From Isurus oxyrinchus (taxonomy: Eukaryota): a stretch of DNA of 64,000 nucleotides. Every line of letters begins with the position of its first letter. The first letter of the stretch is position 1. The DNA lies in the NCBI GenBank assembly GCA_026770705.1, contig JANJGN010000056.1, forward strand, positions 1,302,001-1,366,000, read 5' to 3'. The notes under the pieces are model-generated. The model ran no database searches, was not told where the DNA came from, and was given only the letters and a program-made list of their open reading frames with translations. Below, piece by piece: positions 47,928 to 62,677 of the stretch. The translations under genes and the position numbers were made by a program.

Positions 47928-50543
47928 GGGTGGAGTCTTCTGAGCCCACTGACGGCGGGTGTGATATGTGGTGGGCATGGAAAATATGGTGGGGCCCACG
48001 TCAAGACGGCATGAAGGCAGGTCGCAATCTTCTCCTCAGCTTACCGCTAGCGGGCTGCATTTCTCACCATCGGTCAACGAGAAGCTGTAGCGAGTGTGAT
48101 TTTATCTGATTCAGGTTGCCTACCCGCGCCTTTAAGGATCCAAGAGGCTCGAAAGTGCCATCAGCCGCTCCATGTCTTACCCGTCCGTCCGTACCCCCCC
48201 GCCCCCCCCACCACTGACCCCCACACAAACCGGCACTGGCTTCAAATCCGCCAGCACTTCATTGCACTGCACAACAGTTGCACTGCACATGTTGTGTAAT
48301 CTCTTCGCCAACACTGGTTATGTAGCAGTCACTGCTGGAGGCGCTGTCAGCTCCTTGCATATTCAGCATCATTGTTTGTATCAGTGTCCCCAATGCCGAA
48401 TGTTGACAAGGCACCCAGGCAGAGCAATCCTCCCTGACATTCTGAGGGGTGACCAGCACTTTCTGGGAAGCATTATGGGTTTTTACTAAAGGACCAGCGA
48501 TGATTACCACGTGTCGTTCTCTTTCGTGCTGTAGGAGGACCATGTCAGGAACATGAATCCTGGTTACCTAGCAGCACGCCTGATGGCCTACAGGGACCGT
48601 TTAAGATGGAGGAGAGAGCGACTGGTCAGGCAGCTTCAGGAGCAAAATCCCGGAGTTAAAGGCTGCATGCTGACTGTGACGCTCTGGCTGTGAAAACTTT
48701 GGCTTCGGTCCTCTCAGAGGCCGAGATTTGCAGGACACCTGTCTGTTTTCATCGCCCTGCTGTCGGGCAGTGGCATCCTGTTCGACCTGTGCAGCTGGAT
48801 CTGTATAGTCTACAGGAAGAGGGAAGGCACATGGGCCTGTCATTCGCTGAGTCACTTGGTTGGATGGCCCCGGAGCGTGCACATGCTGACCTTCCTCCCT
48901 ATGTGTGCCCGAGAAACCCTTGCTGACTCAGTGAGTGGGAGGGGCAGCTGGATTGAGATCATGCATCCGAGGACCCATCTTATGTACGGTCTGCTGGATG
49001 CTAACTATGGCAGCAGCAAAAGAATTAAGCCCATGCAGCATTGCATGAGTAGATGCTCTGGACCAAGGTCTCCATGGCAAACGCCATAATGCCAGTGTTG
49101 GACACTGCATGTTGCAATGCCGGTGCTCCTACATGAGCCTGGAGATGGACGGTCTCCTCCATCATGCATTACAATTTGAGGAGTGCAGCCGACATGACTT
49201 TCTGATGTTGGCTGGCTTACCTTTGCTGCTCCAATTCTGAGATATGACCAAGTCCAGTTGCTCAACATCTGACTCGTATTCAACAACTTTCTGGCTTCAG
49301 AACTCCGTGTGTGGAGACCAGGGAAATCCGTGCCTCCACCTGCTGTGGAGGGGGCAAGTTGTCATCAGATTATGATCCCGAGGCTTCTCTAAACCTACGT
49401 CGCATGGAGTCGTGTGTCTCTACACTGGAAGAGGGCGTGGATGAGCGCTCTAATGCAACTTTAGGCAGGGTGCCTTCAGACTCCTCCTCAGACTTTTCAA
49501 CGGAGCTGTATGGGGGCACTGGGTCCTGGAATCCGTCGGCCGTTTCGCAGGTGTGCCTGAGAAAACAAGGGGAAATAATCAGTGCATGATATTGGCATAT
49601 GATTGAGGACACATCACACACAGAAGTGTTTGCTAATGAATGTAGCACTCCTGGATCCTCACTTGGTAGATCATTGCTGACCTCATCGTAAACACAAGAG
49701 TGGTCCCAGTTATATCTGCCCAGATGAATGCCTCTGTTGTCCAATTCCATCAGAATGTTGATGTCCAGCAATACGTTCCTGTCTGCGATCTAGCCTTCCT
49801 GTTGTGATCCAATTTGTCCATCATGGATAGAGATAAGAGGGTGTATCATGATTCCTGCCAGGCCAGATGACAAGTATGCCTGGTATGTGTGGGTGGTGAG
49901 TGGCCCAATGTGCGGGATGAAGACAATGGCGGCCTGTGTGAAAGAGTCAATGTCGCCATCCCTTGCACTGGCAGTGAGTGAGGGCCTTGCGTTTGAGTGA
50001 TGGGTTTGTGAGTGTGTGTTATGCGTGAAGGAAAGAATGACTTACACTGGAGGGACAGAGGAGATCATTCATACTTATGTGACTCTTGGTGGTTGATTTT
50101 ATCTGCAGGTCGTTCGCCCTGACCAATGCTGTGAGCGCTGCCCAGTCTGGGTTTGTGACATTGATGCCCATCCTCCAGATGGTAGGGCACATCCCGGCTG
50201 CCCTCCAGCAGTATCTCGAGGGATCCATCATTTAAGAGGGTGGCTGCAGGCATTTTACCTTTGTTGGCCTTATCTCCCAGACAGAGGTGGTGAGCTGGTG
50301 GTGATCAGCGATTTGCTGAGGGCTGCATTGTAAAGGCAACGGCCAGGGCGATGCAAAAGTGCTTTAATGTTGAGTGATCAAATCGAAGTTCTGCCACCTT
50401 GGAAACAATGTGTTTATTATGCATAAATAATAAAGTGGTCTTGGGAAGTTATGGCATGAAAGCCCGCCATTTTTGTCGGTGGTCAGGGCTCCATTTCACC
50501 AGCATGCTAGCGCAATTAGAGCAATTATGGGGGAATTCCAGCC
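47928..50543. mobile_element. Harbinger-type element, unit B paralog
   Basis: Colinear with 19880-22477. Confidence 0.6.
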
Positions 50544-52359
50544 ACTGAAACAATGTGTTAAGAAAGAATAAGTTATTTTGGCTGTGGGCTTTCAGAGCCG
50601 AGGCACCAACGAAAGGAGCACAGCAGCCCTTTTGCAGCCAGAGCCAGCCCACGGCTGGAGGTGAATATCAGCTACTCTGAAGTCATCGACCTGCAGGATT
50701 TGAGATCCCATGAGTATTTGTTGTGCCTGAACGAAAAGAATCATCAGTTCTTTCAATGATCAGTTTTGGGAGGCCAAGATGACGCCATTCAAGAATTGCT
50801 CCATTTTTGCTTACCCCTTGCAATATTGATTTTTGACCTTTGGGAGAATTCCAATTTTTCCAGCGTATTTTTGTGCACATGAGTGTTTGCATATCTGTCT
50901 CACTCTCTACCTCTCACTCCATATGCCTCTCTCTGTTCAGGCCTTTCTCTTTGACTCCATCTCTCTCTCTCTGTTTGTTTTTCTATCTCTCATCTCTCTC
51001 TTTCTTTCCCCCTCTCTCTTAGATAAATGTATCTCTAATTTTCCATTTCAGTTCCGAAATTAACTGGGAATTATCCTTGACCCTTCGCCCCTCGCTTCCT
51101 GCTCGAATTTGTCTGGCAAATGTGTGTGTGTTTGTTTGAGTATATTTGTATACGTTTGTGTGCCTGTGTGTGTGTGTTAACATGTGTGTTTCTGTGTGTG
51201 TGTGTGTGTGTGTTAATCCATGTGTGTGTTTATGTATGTGTGTGTGCACACTTGTCTGTCAATGTGTGTGCCTGTGTTTGCACTTGTTGGTCTGTGTGTC
51301 TGTCTCTGTGCATGTACACACGCGCGTGTGTGCGTGGAAGTGCTCAAACGTGTGTGTGAGTGTCAGAGAGAGAGAGAGAAAGAGAGAGAGTCTTTGAGTA
51401 TCTTGTAAAAGTGGTTAGTATAACTTCATATTCAATACTGCAAGTTAACAATTTTTGCCTATCTATTTAACAGGACTGGTCTTATAATTAACAAACATGC
51501 TTGTTATTTACTGAACGAAGCTTGATTAACGTCTCTTTTATTCTAACAGTAGCAAAAGTAAACAATTGGCTATTTTAGTGTGTGAATCTGTCTTTTAAAC
51601 TATTGGTATTACCTGTGGAGTAGTGGGGTTAAATATACTGCACTCGTATCCCAATTGATCGAAACAGGCTATGTCTCTCTCTGCCACTCCTCTGCTGTCT
51701 TGTACTCTCATTCCCTCTCTGCTTATCTGTCTCACTCTCTATCTCTCACTCCATATGCCTCTCTCTGTTCAGCCCTTTCTCTTTGAATCACTCACTCTCT
51801 CTCTTTGTTATTTTATCTCTCATCTCTCTCTCTCTCTCTCTTTCTTTCCCTCTCTCTCTTAGATAAATGTATCTCTAATTTTCCTTTTCAGTTCCCAAAT
51901 TAACTGGGATTTATTCCTTGACCCTTCGCCCCTCACTTCTTGCTGGAATTTGTGGGGTTGTGTGATGGAAATTTGTCTGACAAATGAAAGGGTAGTTTTG
52001 CCATGTTGTTGAATTTAATTGGAATCAGTGTGACGAATGAGAATGCTGGACAGTAGGAAGTGCACTTTGGAGGGGACACATCCAGGGCAGGGGTTTTCTC
52101 TCCAACCAGCGTGAGGGATTTCTGTGATGCCAAAGCTCCCATGAGAGGGAAGAGATGTCTTATTACTGATATTTCTTCCTTTCAATCATTGTGAGGCTGT
52201 TACACGATGAACAGTTGAACTGGCAAAAGAGCGAGGACGGCTGACTGGATGTGTGTCCCCCTCCACACCTTCCATCTCTGCAGCTCCAGCCGCTGTGGTT
52301 CTGTAATTAACTGAGAACCTGCTGAAACGCTCAGTGATTTGTTTATTTTTATTGTTTAA

Positions 52360-53229
52360 TATGTTGAAATAATTGGGGTGAAGAGATGTTGCAGCATATT
52401 CTTAAATGCTCCATGAACTTAGCCTGCTCTCTCTGTAAATCCCAGTGTTTGTGCAGCACCCAGGAGCTGCAGCATGAAGCCTAATTCCTGAACAAAAGCA
52501 TAGAGATACATAGACTTATAGCACAAATTCCACATCAGTCTCCAAATAGAAGAAACAATTGACATTGAACATAACAGGAAGAAATTGGCTGAGACATCAG
52601 ACAGAAAATTCATAGATTTCCTTCTACTCACCATCTATGGATCGCCGGGATTATCCCACTTCTGTGAGCCTGCAATCCCCTGTGTTCTCTGCTTTACATT
52701 AAAATCTGCTTTACCATGAAAACATTGAGCAGCAGAATCAGGGTAAATGGAAAGCACGATGTTAGAATATGTTGGAGGAACTCAATTGCTACCCAGAACA
52801 GAGATTCGTGGATATCCCATGTGAAATCCCTGAAACCAGGGGGCGTTCATCAGCCGATATTCAACTGTTATCATAATATACGAGAAAATGTTATTTGAAC
52901 AGCTCAGCACAATCAATGTTCCCAGAAGCACAGTGGCTATTTTCTCACTGCAATATTCAGTTTTCAGCTTCAGGGAACAACGGGCCACAAATCCCTCAAA
53001 GGTCAAAGTGACGGTGAAACAGACAGGACAGTCTGTGGCTGCATAAAGCAAGACGGTGTGGATATTACACACGTGGATGGAGTTCCAGAAGTAAAACTGT
53101 TCCTTAAACAAGAATGGAATGTGCCTTATTATCACATCAGGGATAACGACCATTCGTCAGCCACAGCCATGGCCACCAGGTACTGACCACATCTGTTGCT
53201 CCTGAGGATCACAATCATGACAAAGTTCG
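52360..53229 (-). pseudogene. Degraded paralogous GPCR exon 2 (unit B)
   Basis: Same frameshift after AVAD as unit A, plus an 18-bp deletion near 53186. ORF pieces 52782-53153 and 52419-52634 (SANFFLL...QELGFMLQLL). Confidence 0.9.
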
Positions 53230-54479
53230 CTGCCTGGACGGGAAATAAACAATTAGATCATACATCAGGCTGAGTCGAAGCAAATCGTTTAATTGAGGAG
53301 TTTTTGTATGTGTTATTGTAGCCTGTAATATATTGTGAGAAATGAACCTGAAATAACAAATGGGAAGGTTTGCGATCGAGTTGTAGGAAGCCGAGAAAAA
53401 CAGCAAAAGCTGAAGGGATGGAGGAAGTGGATGCAGGATTATCGCGGGCGCTAGAGGCGATGAGGGTACAAAGGATGAATGTTGGGCCCAGGGGACCACA
53501 GGGGGATTTTGTTGGAGATCGGAAAAGTCAGGAGTGATTGAAACGTAACTTTGAAACCCAATGCTAACGGAGGAGCCAGGCAATAATAGGGCGGCCCAGG
53601 GGTGATGGGAGAACTAAGGAACACGTATGATTGGGAAGAACCTGAGGTGATGGTTGTGTTAAGGACAGGGGTGTGATCTGGATGTTTTCCCCATTTCTCT
53701 GCTAACTACAACAGGATGCATTTCTGGGAAGGAGTGTTTAAACATTACAGTGCAGCAGTTTTTAGGAAAAGTGACTAAGTAGTTTTTCTTGTAAAGTTAA
53801 AAAATTAAAGGAAATGATTAAAATGCATTTCTTACGAAGTGTATCGAGATGTCATTCTTCAAAGACATACACATGCAAACGCAAACACACAGACACACAC
53901 GTTAGAAATCTAGGGAACTAGTATACGCTTCGATTATTAGAAGCTTGGAACAGAAACAGGCCCCTTCACTATATTCCTTAAGATGGTACTTGATTTTCTC
54001 CTTTTTGAAGACAAATGGACGTTGCAAAATTATGGTTATTAGTCTAAATTGTAGTTATGAAGAAATATATCAAAAGGTAGAACTTGTTAGCCTCTTTTTA
54101 TCACCAGCTCTGATTCCAAACATTCTGCTTCTTTTTCTTGGATGGGCATATCTTCCTTCAAGTGTTTCTTCCTTTCTGAGAATAACTGACTTCCATATAT
54201 TCAAAAATGATGTCAGCTATTCAATGTTTCCAAAATATATCTGTTGCACAACGTCAGTTGTAAAGATTATTTTTACTAACATAAGCATACTTCCTGACCC
54301 GTGACCATCGAGTTCGATTTCATGTCTCCATACATTAACATTCCCATTACAAGCAAGATGCAAAACCCTCCTCTATCCATCTTCCAGAGAGATGTAATGT
54401 GACCATGACAGGGGAGAAAGGAGAGTGGGTGGGGGAAGTGATGATGAGTGAGAGAGGAGTGCAAAGGGAAAGCCGCGGC

Positions 54480-54550
54480 AAACACACTCACAGAAACACA
54501 CACCGACGCCCATCCCCAGAAAGACACATACATACACACACGCACACACA

Positions 54551-54594
<44 letters not shown>

Positions 54595-54772
54595 CACACA
54601 AACAGAAACACATGTCCGCCTCCAGGNNNNNNNNNNNNNNNNNNNNNNNNNNNNNNNNNNNNNNNNNNNNNNNNNNNNNNNNNNNNNNNNNNNNNNNNNN
54701 NNNNNNNNNNNNNNNNNNNNNNNNNNNNNNNNNNNNNNNNNNNNNNNNNNNNNNNNNNNNNNACACGCACAG

Positions 54773-54823
<51 letters not shown>

Positions 54824-55360
54824 ATCACACACAGACACACACACGCCCGCCTCCAGAAAAACACACACACACACGCACACACACACACATGCGTGTGTAC
54901 ACACTTAGAAGTACAGGCACAAACAAACAAACACTTACATATGAAAATGACACAGAGACACAGCAACAAAGCACATGCACACACAGAAAAAATACACACG
55001 CACACACAAATTCACCCCTATCCACAAACAGAGCGACAAACACAGATACACAGAGAATAAAAGCACAGAGGCTCATGTACTCATCATCTTACTCACTCTT
55101 CCTGTCTCTCTCTATATCGCATAGACACGTATATTCCCATGCTCCACCACACCTCACATACACTCACGTACAGGCCACACTCACATCCACACATACACAC
55201 ACGCACATACACACACACATACACACACACACAAACACATACACAGACACTCACACACACAATCACATACACTGGCACACACTCGCATAGAAGCAAGCAC
55301 ATAGAAAAATACAGACAGGCGCAATCACACACATACGTCATGAAAAACCAAGACACGCAC
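54480..55360. repeat. CA-rich compound microsatellite containing an assembly gap (N 54627-54762)
   Basis: Seen directly; paralogous to 26537-27460. Confidence 0.95.
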
Positions 55361-58300
55361 ATTTGGTTCATTCATGCCCTTTATGGAATGAATTCTGCCA
55401 TCGTAACCTGGTCTCGTTTAACTGTGAATCCAGACATGCTTCAGTGTGGTTGACCTTTTAATGAGCTAATAAATCAATCAGATATGTCAAAGAGCTGAAA
55501 ACCTCAAATAAAGGAATGAAACTGAAAGCCCACACAAATTCGAACTATGCACTGTAAACAACAAAGTAAACTCACCCCTCTCGGCCCTGCAATAACTTCG
55601 TTATTGATATTGGGGCTAAAGTCATAATTGAGAATTAAGTTTTTAGATAAGGTTATTTAACTGAGAGCTTGGTTCATGATGGCGATGAGCTTCGAAATCA
55701 ATAAGAACTATTAATTTGCAAAAGATAAACTGATTGAATCGTTAAGGTAGCGGAACTGCTGTCAATCAAGCAGGGTGCTTTGTCCTAGATTTAGTCAATA
55801 TTGTTGAATGTTATTGGAACATAACTTATCCAGACAAGTGTAGTATTTTCCAATCACACTCTTGATTTGCGCCTTGTAGAAGAGAGACGGGCTAAATGAC
55901 ACGGAGTGTTTGTTGGATAATTATTTATTGTCAATGATCATTGCCTGTCGCTGGTGTAAAGCAAATATAACTTGTCGGTTTTCAGCAGAGGCCTGGGTGT
56001 TGCCCAGGTCCTTTTAGTTACACATAGGCAAAGATTTCTTCAGCATCTGTTGACTCGCAACTTTTGCTTAAGTTTGCGGAAATATGAGTGGATGCTATCC
56101 CCACCCCCCGCTCCCCAAACCCAAACCCTTTCTGAGCACATGATGGAGAGAGATTCAGTGATGAAGTGGATTAAGGTGGTTGCGTCCCGGACTATGACTT
56201 CAGCATCTCCTGCAGTGATATCAAGAGGCTGAGGTGGGTGACTTGCAAAAATAAAAATCCTTTGTGCTCGGCATAACTCCAATCAGTAGAGACTCCCCCC
56301 AGCCCCTTACATGTATTGAATCAAATTTTGCTTGTGTTCCCTGCTAACATAAAATGACAAACGTTGTATTGATATGAAGAACAGTCGCTCTCGCATCACA
56401 TCATGAGTTCAGCACCAATGTCCATGTCTGTATCAAATCTGAACGAAAAGCTGGAGCTCAGACAAAACACATAATGAACGTCAATGAACAGTCTTATCGC
56501 GTAAAGGGCGGTATTTTAGTTGTACTATTACAACGTGGCTAGGAAGGATTTTTCAGGGACACTGATCTCCAATCAAACTGGTGAAATCTGACAGGACCCA
56601 TATCCTCTTGCATCATCCAGCCCCTACAGTTGTTTCTTCATATCACGCTATGTGAATCACATAGGCTGAATTCTGGCGCCTGCGGTGTTGCCATCTTAAG
56701 AACGAGGCCGGAATGTTCCATCTACTCCTCACTTCAACCTGAATGTGGCTGCAAATTTTTTTGCCATTTTTTGGCACTGATGTGCTGAGCTCCACAATCA
56801 TTGCCGATGAGGATATGTGTGGAGTGTCCTTGATCACTCTCCAACAGTAAAGAAACGATTTCAAGTTATCAGAAACGTCGTTTGAGAACAAAGTCAACAT
56901 CCTTTTATACATCAAATGATTGTGTTTATGCTCTCACCAAAGCAGTCACAACGATTTGGCAATATGTATTTATTTCGAGATGTATGCCCTGAATTGAGGG
57001 TTAATAAGCTCATAAAGGTTTCGGTAAACTAAATTAAACATGAAATAACAGCAATTGGGATTAAAAGCAAATGCATAGGTTTACAAATTAACACAATAAT
57101 AAATCCTAAAATGCCTAATTAATTTGGCTTCCATTTACACCCTCGTTAAGGCAACAGTAAAACAAGAAACACATCCCGGCTAGTCACACATCACCCTGGA
57201 CAGAATAATTCAAAGTGGCGTTTTTCACAGCTTGGATTTCAGTTGACAGCAGCCTTATGCTCAAACGATGGGGGCTTTTCCCAATTATGTTAGATTTTTC
57301 ATTGCCTCCTCTAACTGCAAAGTTCCAGATCCTTGTTATATGTTTTTCCCTTTAACTGAAAATTTCATTTTCCCCAAATATCTGTTGAACATTACTTTTT
57401 TCCGTACAGAAACTCATTACATTGTGCTAATGTTATTGTTAACCTTTTTGAAAACAAAATAAATGCACCTCTTTGCTATTCTTCACGGTCTAGGTGTTAC
57501 ATCCTCTATGAAATTCAAACTACCCAGATTTAACTAAAATGCAGACTCTACACATCTCACATTCCAACTCTTCAGCCACGTTTACATATTTTGCATTACA
57601 AAACTTCCTAATTTTGTTGACTCAAGGCCTCCAGACTTAGTAATTTAATTGCTGTCTGCAAGTAACTTAAATCTCACAAACACACTGAAACTATCTAAAA
57701 CCCAATATTAACCTACCTATAAAATAATATCACGAGAAATATTAGATATTCGGTAAAATATGGTTTAAATGGATTTCTAAAATACATAACATCAAGCCCT
57801 CAAGGAGGCTATTGTTTTCATTACTGGACACAACAATTTGCAATAATTTGAAAGCATTTGGACGGTTGCAGAATAATTTCACCACTATCGCTCTAAGGAA
57901 GAGAATTATAAATTAGTTAGCAAGATCGTAGCATTTGAAGAGGGAAAGTTTAAATATGGCTCGCTAGGGAGAGAGTTAATTAACTTCATGGAGGTTTGAG
58001 TTTATTGTAAACAGGGCCGAGTGAATTGGTTTGTAAATGCTCAAAAGGAAAGGACGGGTTTGTAGGCCAGGGGCCACTGACGGTTCAATAGTCCTTGGGG
58101 AATGAGATGGTACTTGACCTGTAATTTGAGTTGAGGGAAGAGTTCCATAGAACACATGCGCAGGAGGTGTTGGTCAATGAGTCTCTAAACACACCCAGGC
58201 GATCAGAATCTGTTAATAAGCCCTTGAGGGTGCTGGGCTTATTAATCCTAGGCGCCAATGGTGGTGGTGGTGGTGGGGGGGGGGGGTGGTGGGGGTGGGG

Positions 58301-60378
58301 CGGTGGAGGGGTCTGTGTGGAGGGGGGTGGTGGGTGGTGGATGGTATGGTTTTGGGTAGCGGGTGGTGGTGGTAAATGAAACTAAGGACCAGGGGGTGGA
58401 TTATTAAATCCCGGGAAGAGGGAACAGGAGTGTGCAGACCCAGATGAAACGTGCAGTGAACACTGCTTAAGAAAGAAAGCAAGAAATGAAAAAGCAAAAA
58501 AGCAAGAAAGAAGAAAGGAAAGAAAGAAAGACAGAAAGAAAGAAAGAAATAAAGAAGAGCAGCAACTTAATTTAGCCATTGGGCCTGTCCCTTGTTTCAA
58601 ACTCAGGAAGAAAATATGGATCAATATATTCAGTTTATGGGAGCATTAACTTAACTGCGCTGGGTTCACGTGTGTTACAAAGAAAACCAGGTAACGGTCG
58701 CTGATTTAGGAATGCTGGTTAGGGGCCCATATTAGTTTTCCACGATGGGATTGTTCTCATGAATAAAAACTGGGAGAGAGGAGGCAGTGTTGTGGACCTT
58801 GTAGAGAGGAAACTATTTGAAAGCTGTGGAAATTGGGGGCTGGATCTTTAATCTCAAGTGAGGGGCTGATAAGTAACAGCGTTGCCTGGGGCTACGGAAA
58901 ATGATGATTTATATCAGTGAGTGGGCGTTCGCTAATGTAGCCTGGTGGTAGGCTGGCGGTAAAAATGGTAACAATAATGGTGACAAACGGGGCGGGGGGG
59001 CGGGCGGCGAGGTGGTGGGTGGGGGTAATAACGCCGGGGAGATGTCACAAGTTATTTAACCCCTGGGCAAGCGTGTGTTTTTATAAATGCATGAAGGAGA
59101 CTTAGATTAGGAAACCCTGGGCAGAGACAGAATCTTAAAAGCCAGCGGCCTGGAAAACAGTTTAATACGCTAAGTGGCGAGGGAACGGTTTATTAAAAAG
59201 TGGGAAGAAAGTGAGGATGGGGGAATTAATTCAACCTGCGGGAATGGTCTCAGATGTGATTCAGGGAGTTTTGATCATGGTTTTCAAGAGGAAATTGGTC
59301 TTGAGCTTGAAAGGGGAATATTTACCGGGCTACAGGGGAAGGGCGGAGGACTGGGACTAGATGTATAACATTTGCAGGCAGCCAATACAGATGTGAAGAG
59401 CTGAATGGCCTTCCTTTCTCTTGTAAACATTCAATGATTTACAGATTAAATTTCCAGTCACAAAATGTTTTACTCGTTCTGCCATTGACAGTAACTGCAT
59501 TTCTATTTCATAACCGAGTTATTTTTCTGTAAAGGTGAGAGTGTCTCTCGCTCTAGTCCCTTTTCAGACAATGCGTTCCAAACTGCAACGAGACATTGCA
59601 TGAAAAAAAGGATTACATTTCAGTGTAACTTTTCCAACAGCTTCATTGAATCTATTTAACCTGGAGATTGGCCTCTGTGCACATGGGAAGATTTTCATAC
59701 CATTCTCTGCCTCTAGGTCCCTCATAATACTTTAACGCTGAGTTATTGGTGGGAGGGTTTTGATGGAGTATATAATGCAGTGCAGACAGAAATCTGAGCT
59801 GTCCATTATTTTTGATTAAATCAGAAAACCATCAACGTATTGGCACCAATTTCCTGAAGGGGAATCTTGAAAAGTTAGTCAGTGGATATCGGATTCATCT
59901 ACAACTATACAACATCGTATGAGCTGCAGACTAAAGATCTGGATCAGTGGGTACATAATTCAGATTCACCTCAGCAACATGCCAAAGACTGCGGACTGGA
60001 GATCTGGACCAATGCGTACAGGATACAAAACTTTCTGCGCAACAACCCATGTACCACTGACTGCATACCTGGACCGATGGAAAGAGGATTGAAGTCCATC
60101 TCCAACCTTGGCTGCTGATTCCAGACTGAAAATCTGGATCAGTGGCTACAGTATTCACGTTCAACCCCACAACATCCCACGCTACACCAGGATGGAGATC
60201 TGGATAAGTAGAGACAAGATTCATATGCCCGTCCAACACATCGCTGCTCATGCAAACTGGAGATCTGTATCAGTGTATACAGGGATTAAATTCATCTCCA
60301 AAATATAATTGTTACTATAGGCTGGAGATCTGGATCAGGGGATACAGAAATTAAATTCATCTCCAAAATTTTTAGAGA

Positions 60379-61055
60379 TAAAATCAATAAACTGTGGAAG
60401 GTGAAAATCCAAAAAGAAGACAGAAATACCTGGAAAAACTCAGCAGGTCTGGCAGCATTGGTGGAGAAGAACAAATTTGACGTTTCAAGTCGTCATGATC
60501 CTTCAACAGTACTGAGTAAAATTAGGAGAGGGGTGAAATATAAGCTGGTTTAATGTTGGGGCGTGGGCACGGTACTGGGTGGGGATGGGGGAGAGATGTG
60601 CGTGCAGGGTGTGGCTGTAGAGACAAGCAAGCAGTAATAGATGCTGATAATCAAAAGCTGTCCCAGTCAAAAGAACAAAGAGGTGTTGAAGGTGGTGACA
60701 TTACCTAAAATAATGTGCTAAGTAAGAATGGATGGTAGGATGCACAAGGTACATATCTAGTGGAGGTGGGATGAAATAAGACTAACAGGGCGTAAAAGGT
60801 ATAGATTTACAAATAATGGAAATAGGTAGAAAAAGAAAAATCTATATAAATTATTGGAAAAAATGGAGGGGGAAGACACAGAACGGGGGTGGGGATGGAG
60901 GAGGGAGTTCAAGATCTAAAGTTGTTGAATTCAGTATTCAGTCTGAAAGGCTGTAAAGTGTCTTATCGGAAGATGAGGTGCTGTTCCTGCAGTTTGCGTT
61001 GAGCTTCACTGGAACAATGCAGAAGGCCAAGGACAGACATGTGGGCAAGAGAGCA
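60379..61055 (-). mobile_element. Older Penelope-like element, unit C paralog
   Basis: Colinear with 32428-33105; decayed hammerhead at ~60475-60513. Confidence 0.85.
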
Positions 61056-62306
61056 CGCAGCATCGTAATTATTCCAGAAATTACAATCTTTGATGCCCTG
61101 CTTTTCAAGCTGCCACCTTGCTCCCTGAAGTCTTGTTGCAGGTCCCCATCACTGTTGGTACTTAGAACGCATATGAACCAATGCATTTGGCTGCTCGCCC
61201 TCCCCATTCAGAATTCCTTGGAGCAGTAAAATGACAGTCTTGACCCTGGTTCCAGAGAACTAACGCACCATCCTAGAGTCACACCTGTGGCCGCTGATAC
61301 GCCTGACTCTGACCTAAACTACTGTTGTTCCTCGCTTTCATCACCCACCAGACTTTGCAGGAATAAACCCTTTCACCATTTTCCAACACAAAGTAACAAT
61401 CCATTCTTAAAAGAGACAGAATCTGTGCCTTTCCTGACTATTTGCTTGTTTCCCTTCTTCTGACTTTGGTCACCCATTCCTTGTCTGAAGCACGACCTTA
61501 AACTGTGTGGTGACTGCATGTAAATAAAAAACACATGCTATCCATATAAGTCTCGGGCACCGGAGTGCACAACTGTGTATCCAGCTGATTGTTGAGCTCC
61601 AAAACCCGGTTCTCAAGCGCGTTGAAATGGTGCCACATTCTGCAGATATGATCATCCATGCAGCCAAGTGTACTTTATCTATGTCAGCCTCTATCTCAGA
61701 CTTGCTGATCAGCTGTAGCGACCAGGAAGCACCGAAAACAGCTTCCTGATTGGGGAAGAAGGCCCCGAGTTACCAAATGAATTCCCAGATTGGCTGTTAC
61801 GTCCATTAGCCATCAAATGTTGCTCCCTGATTGGCTGAGGTAGGTGTCGGTCACCGGGCGGATTTCTCTGATTATGTCAGGCGAATGTCAACGAAATAGC
61901 AAATAGGCTGAGTGAATCGTGGTTCACCTGGTCAAGCATTCCGATTGGATGAGGTGGCTTTCAACAGTGGGGTGCGTGAATTAATAGATTGGTTTTTGAG
62001 ATGGTGGTTTTGGGTAATGTTTGTGAGTCCCTGGGTGAAGCTCCAGCCTGACTGTGCTACCTGTCAGACAGCGGGCGGAGCTCCCGGATTGGCTGAGTCT
62101 CTGAATAATATGTAGATCCGATACTTTACGACAGTCTTTAACTGCTGTCTGATCATGGACTGACTCACCCCATAAATTAACATCTTTGTGCAGTAACTTT
62201 AATTCATCAGCATAAATTTGGCCCGTTAACATATATAGTCAGGATATCTATAGTAAAATAATTCACGAATTTTAACATATGCGAATGGAAAAGATTCCCC
62301 GACGAG

Positions 62307-62677
62307 GAATGTGATTTTGTGCTGGTTAGATACATTCATACAGGGTGTTGATAATTGAGTGGATTTAGTGCTGGGTAACATTTATTCAGCAGAGTGTTTG
62401 ATAAGTGAATGGGTTTACTGCTGGTTAAAATCAATTGAGCAGAGTATCGATAAGTGAATGGGATTTAGAGCTGGTTAAAATACATTCAACAGAGTGTTGA
62501 TAAGTGAGTAGATTTAGTGCTGGTAAAAATACATTCAGCAGATCATTGAGAAGTGAATGAGATTTAGTGCTGTTTAAAATACATTCAGCAGAGTGTTGAT
62601 AATTGTGTACTGGTTAAAATGCATTCAGCAGATTGGTGCTAAGTGAATGGCACTTTCACTGTTTAAAATACATTCAG
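62307..62677. repeat. ~50-bp minisatellite, about 7.5 units (unit C paralog)
   Basis: Same unit as 7015-7437. Confidence 0.9.

Larger units (their letters stand above)
29040..56939. repeat. Tandem segmental duplication, unit B (~27.9 kb)
   Basis: Identical junction ttatgctctcacca|aagcagtcacaacg at 29040 and 56940; colinear with A and C. Confidence 0.95.

Noticed and set aside
5847-56939. Units being a false duplication of two haplotypes
   Set aside because: There are three copies, roughly 3% or more divergence, unit-specific insertions with TSDs, and a non-gap junction seen twice. Unit order and number remain uncertain.
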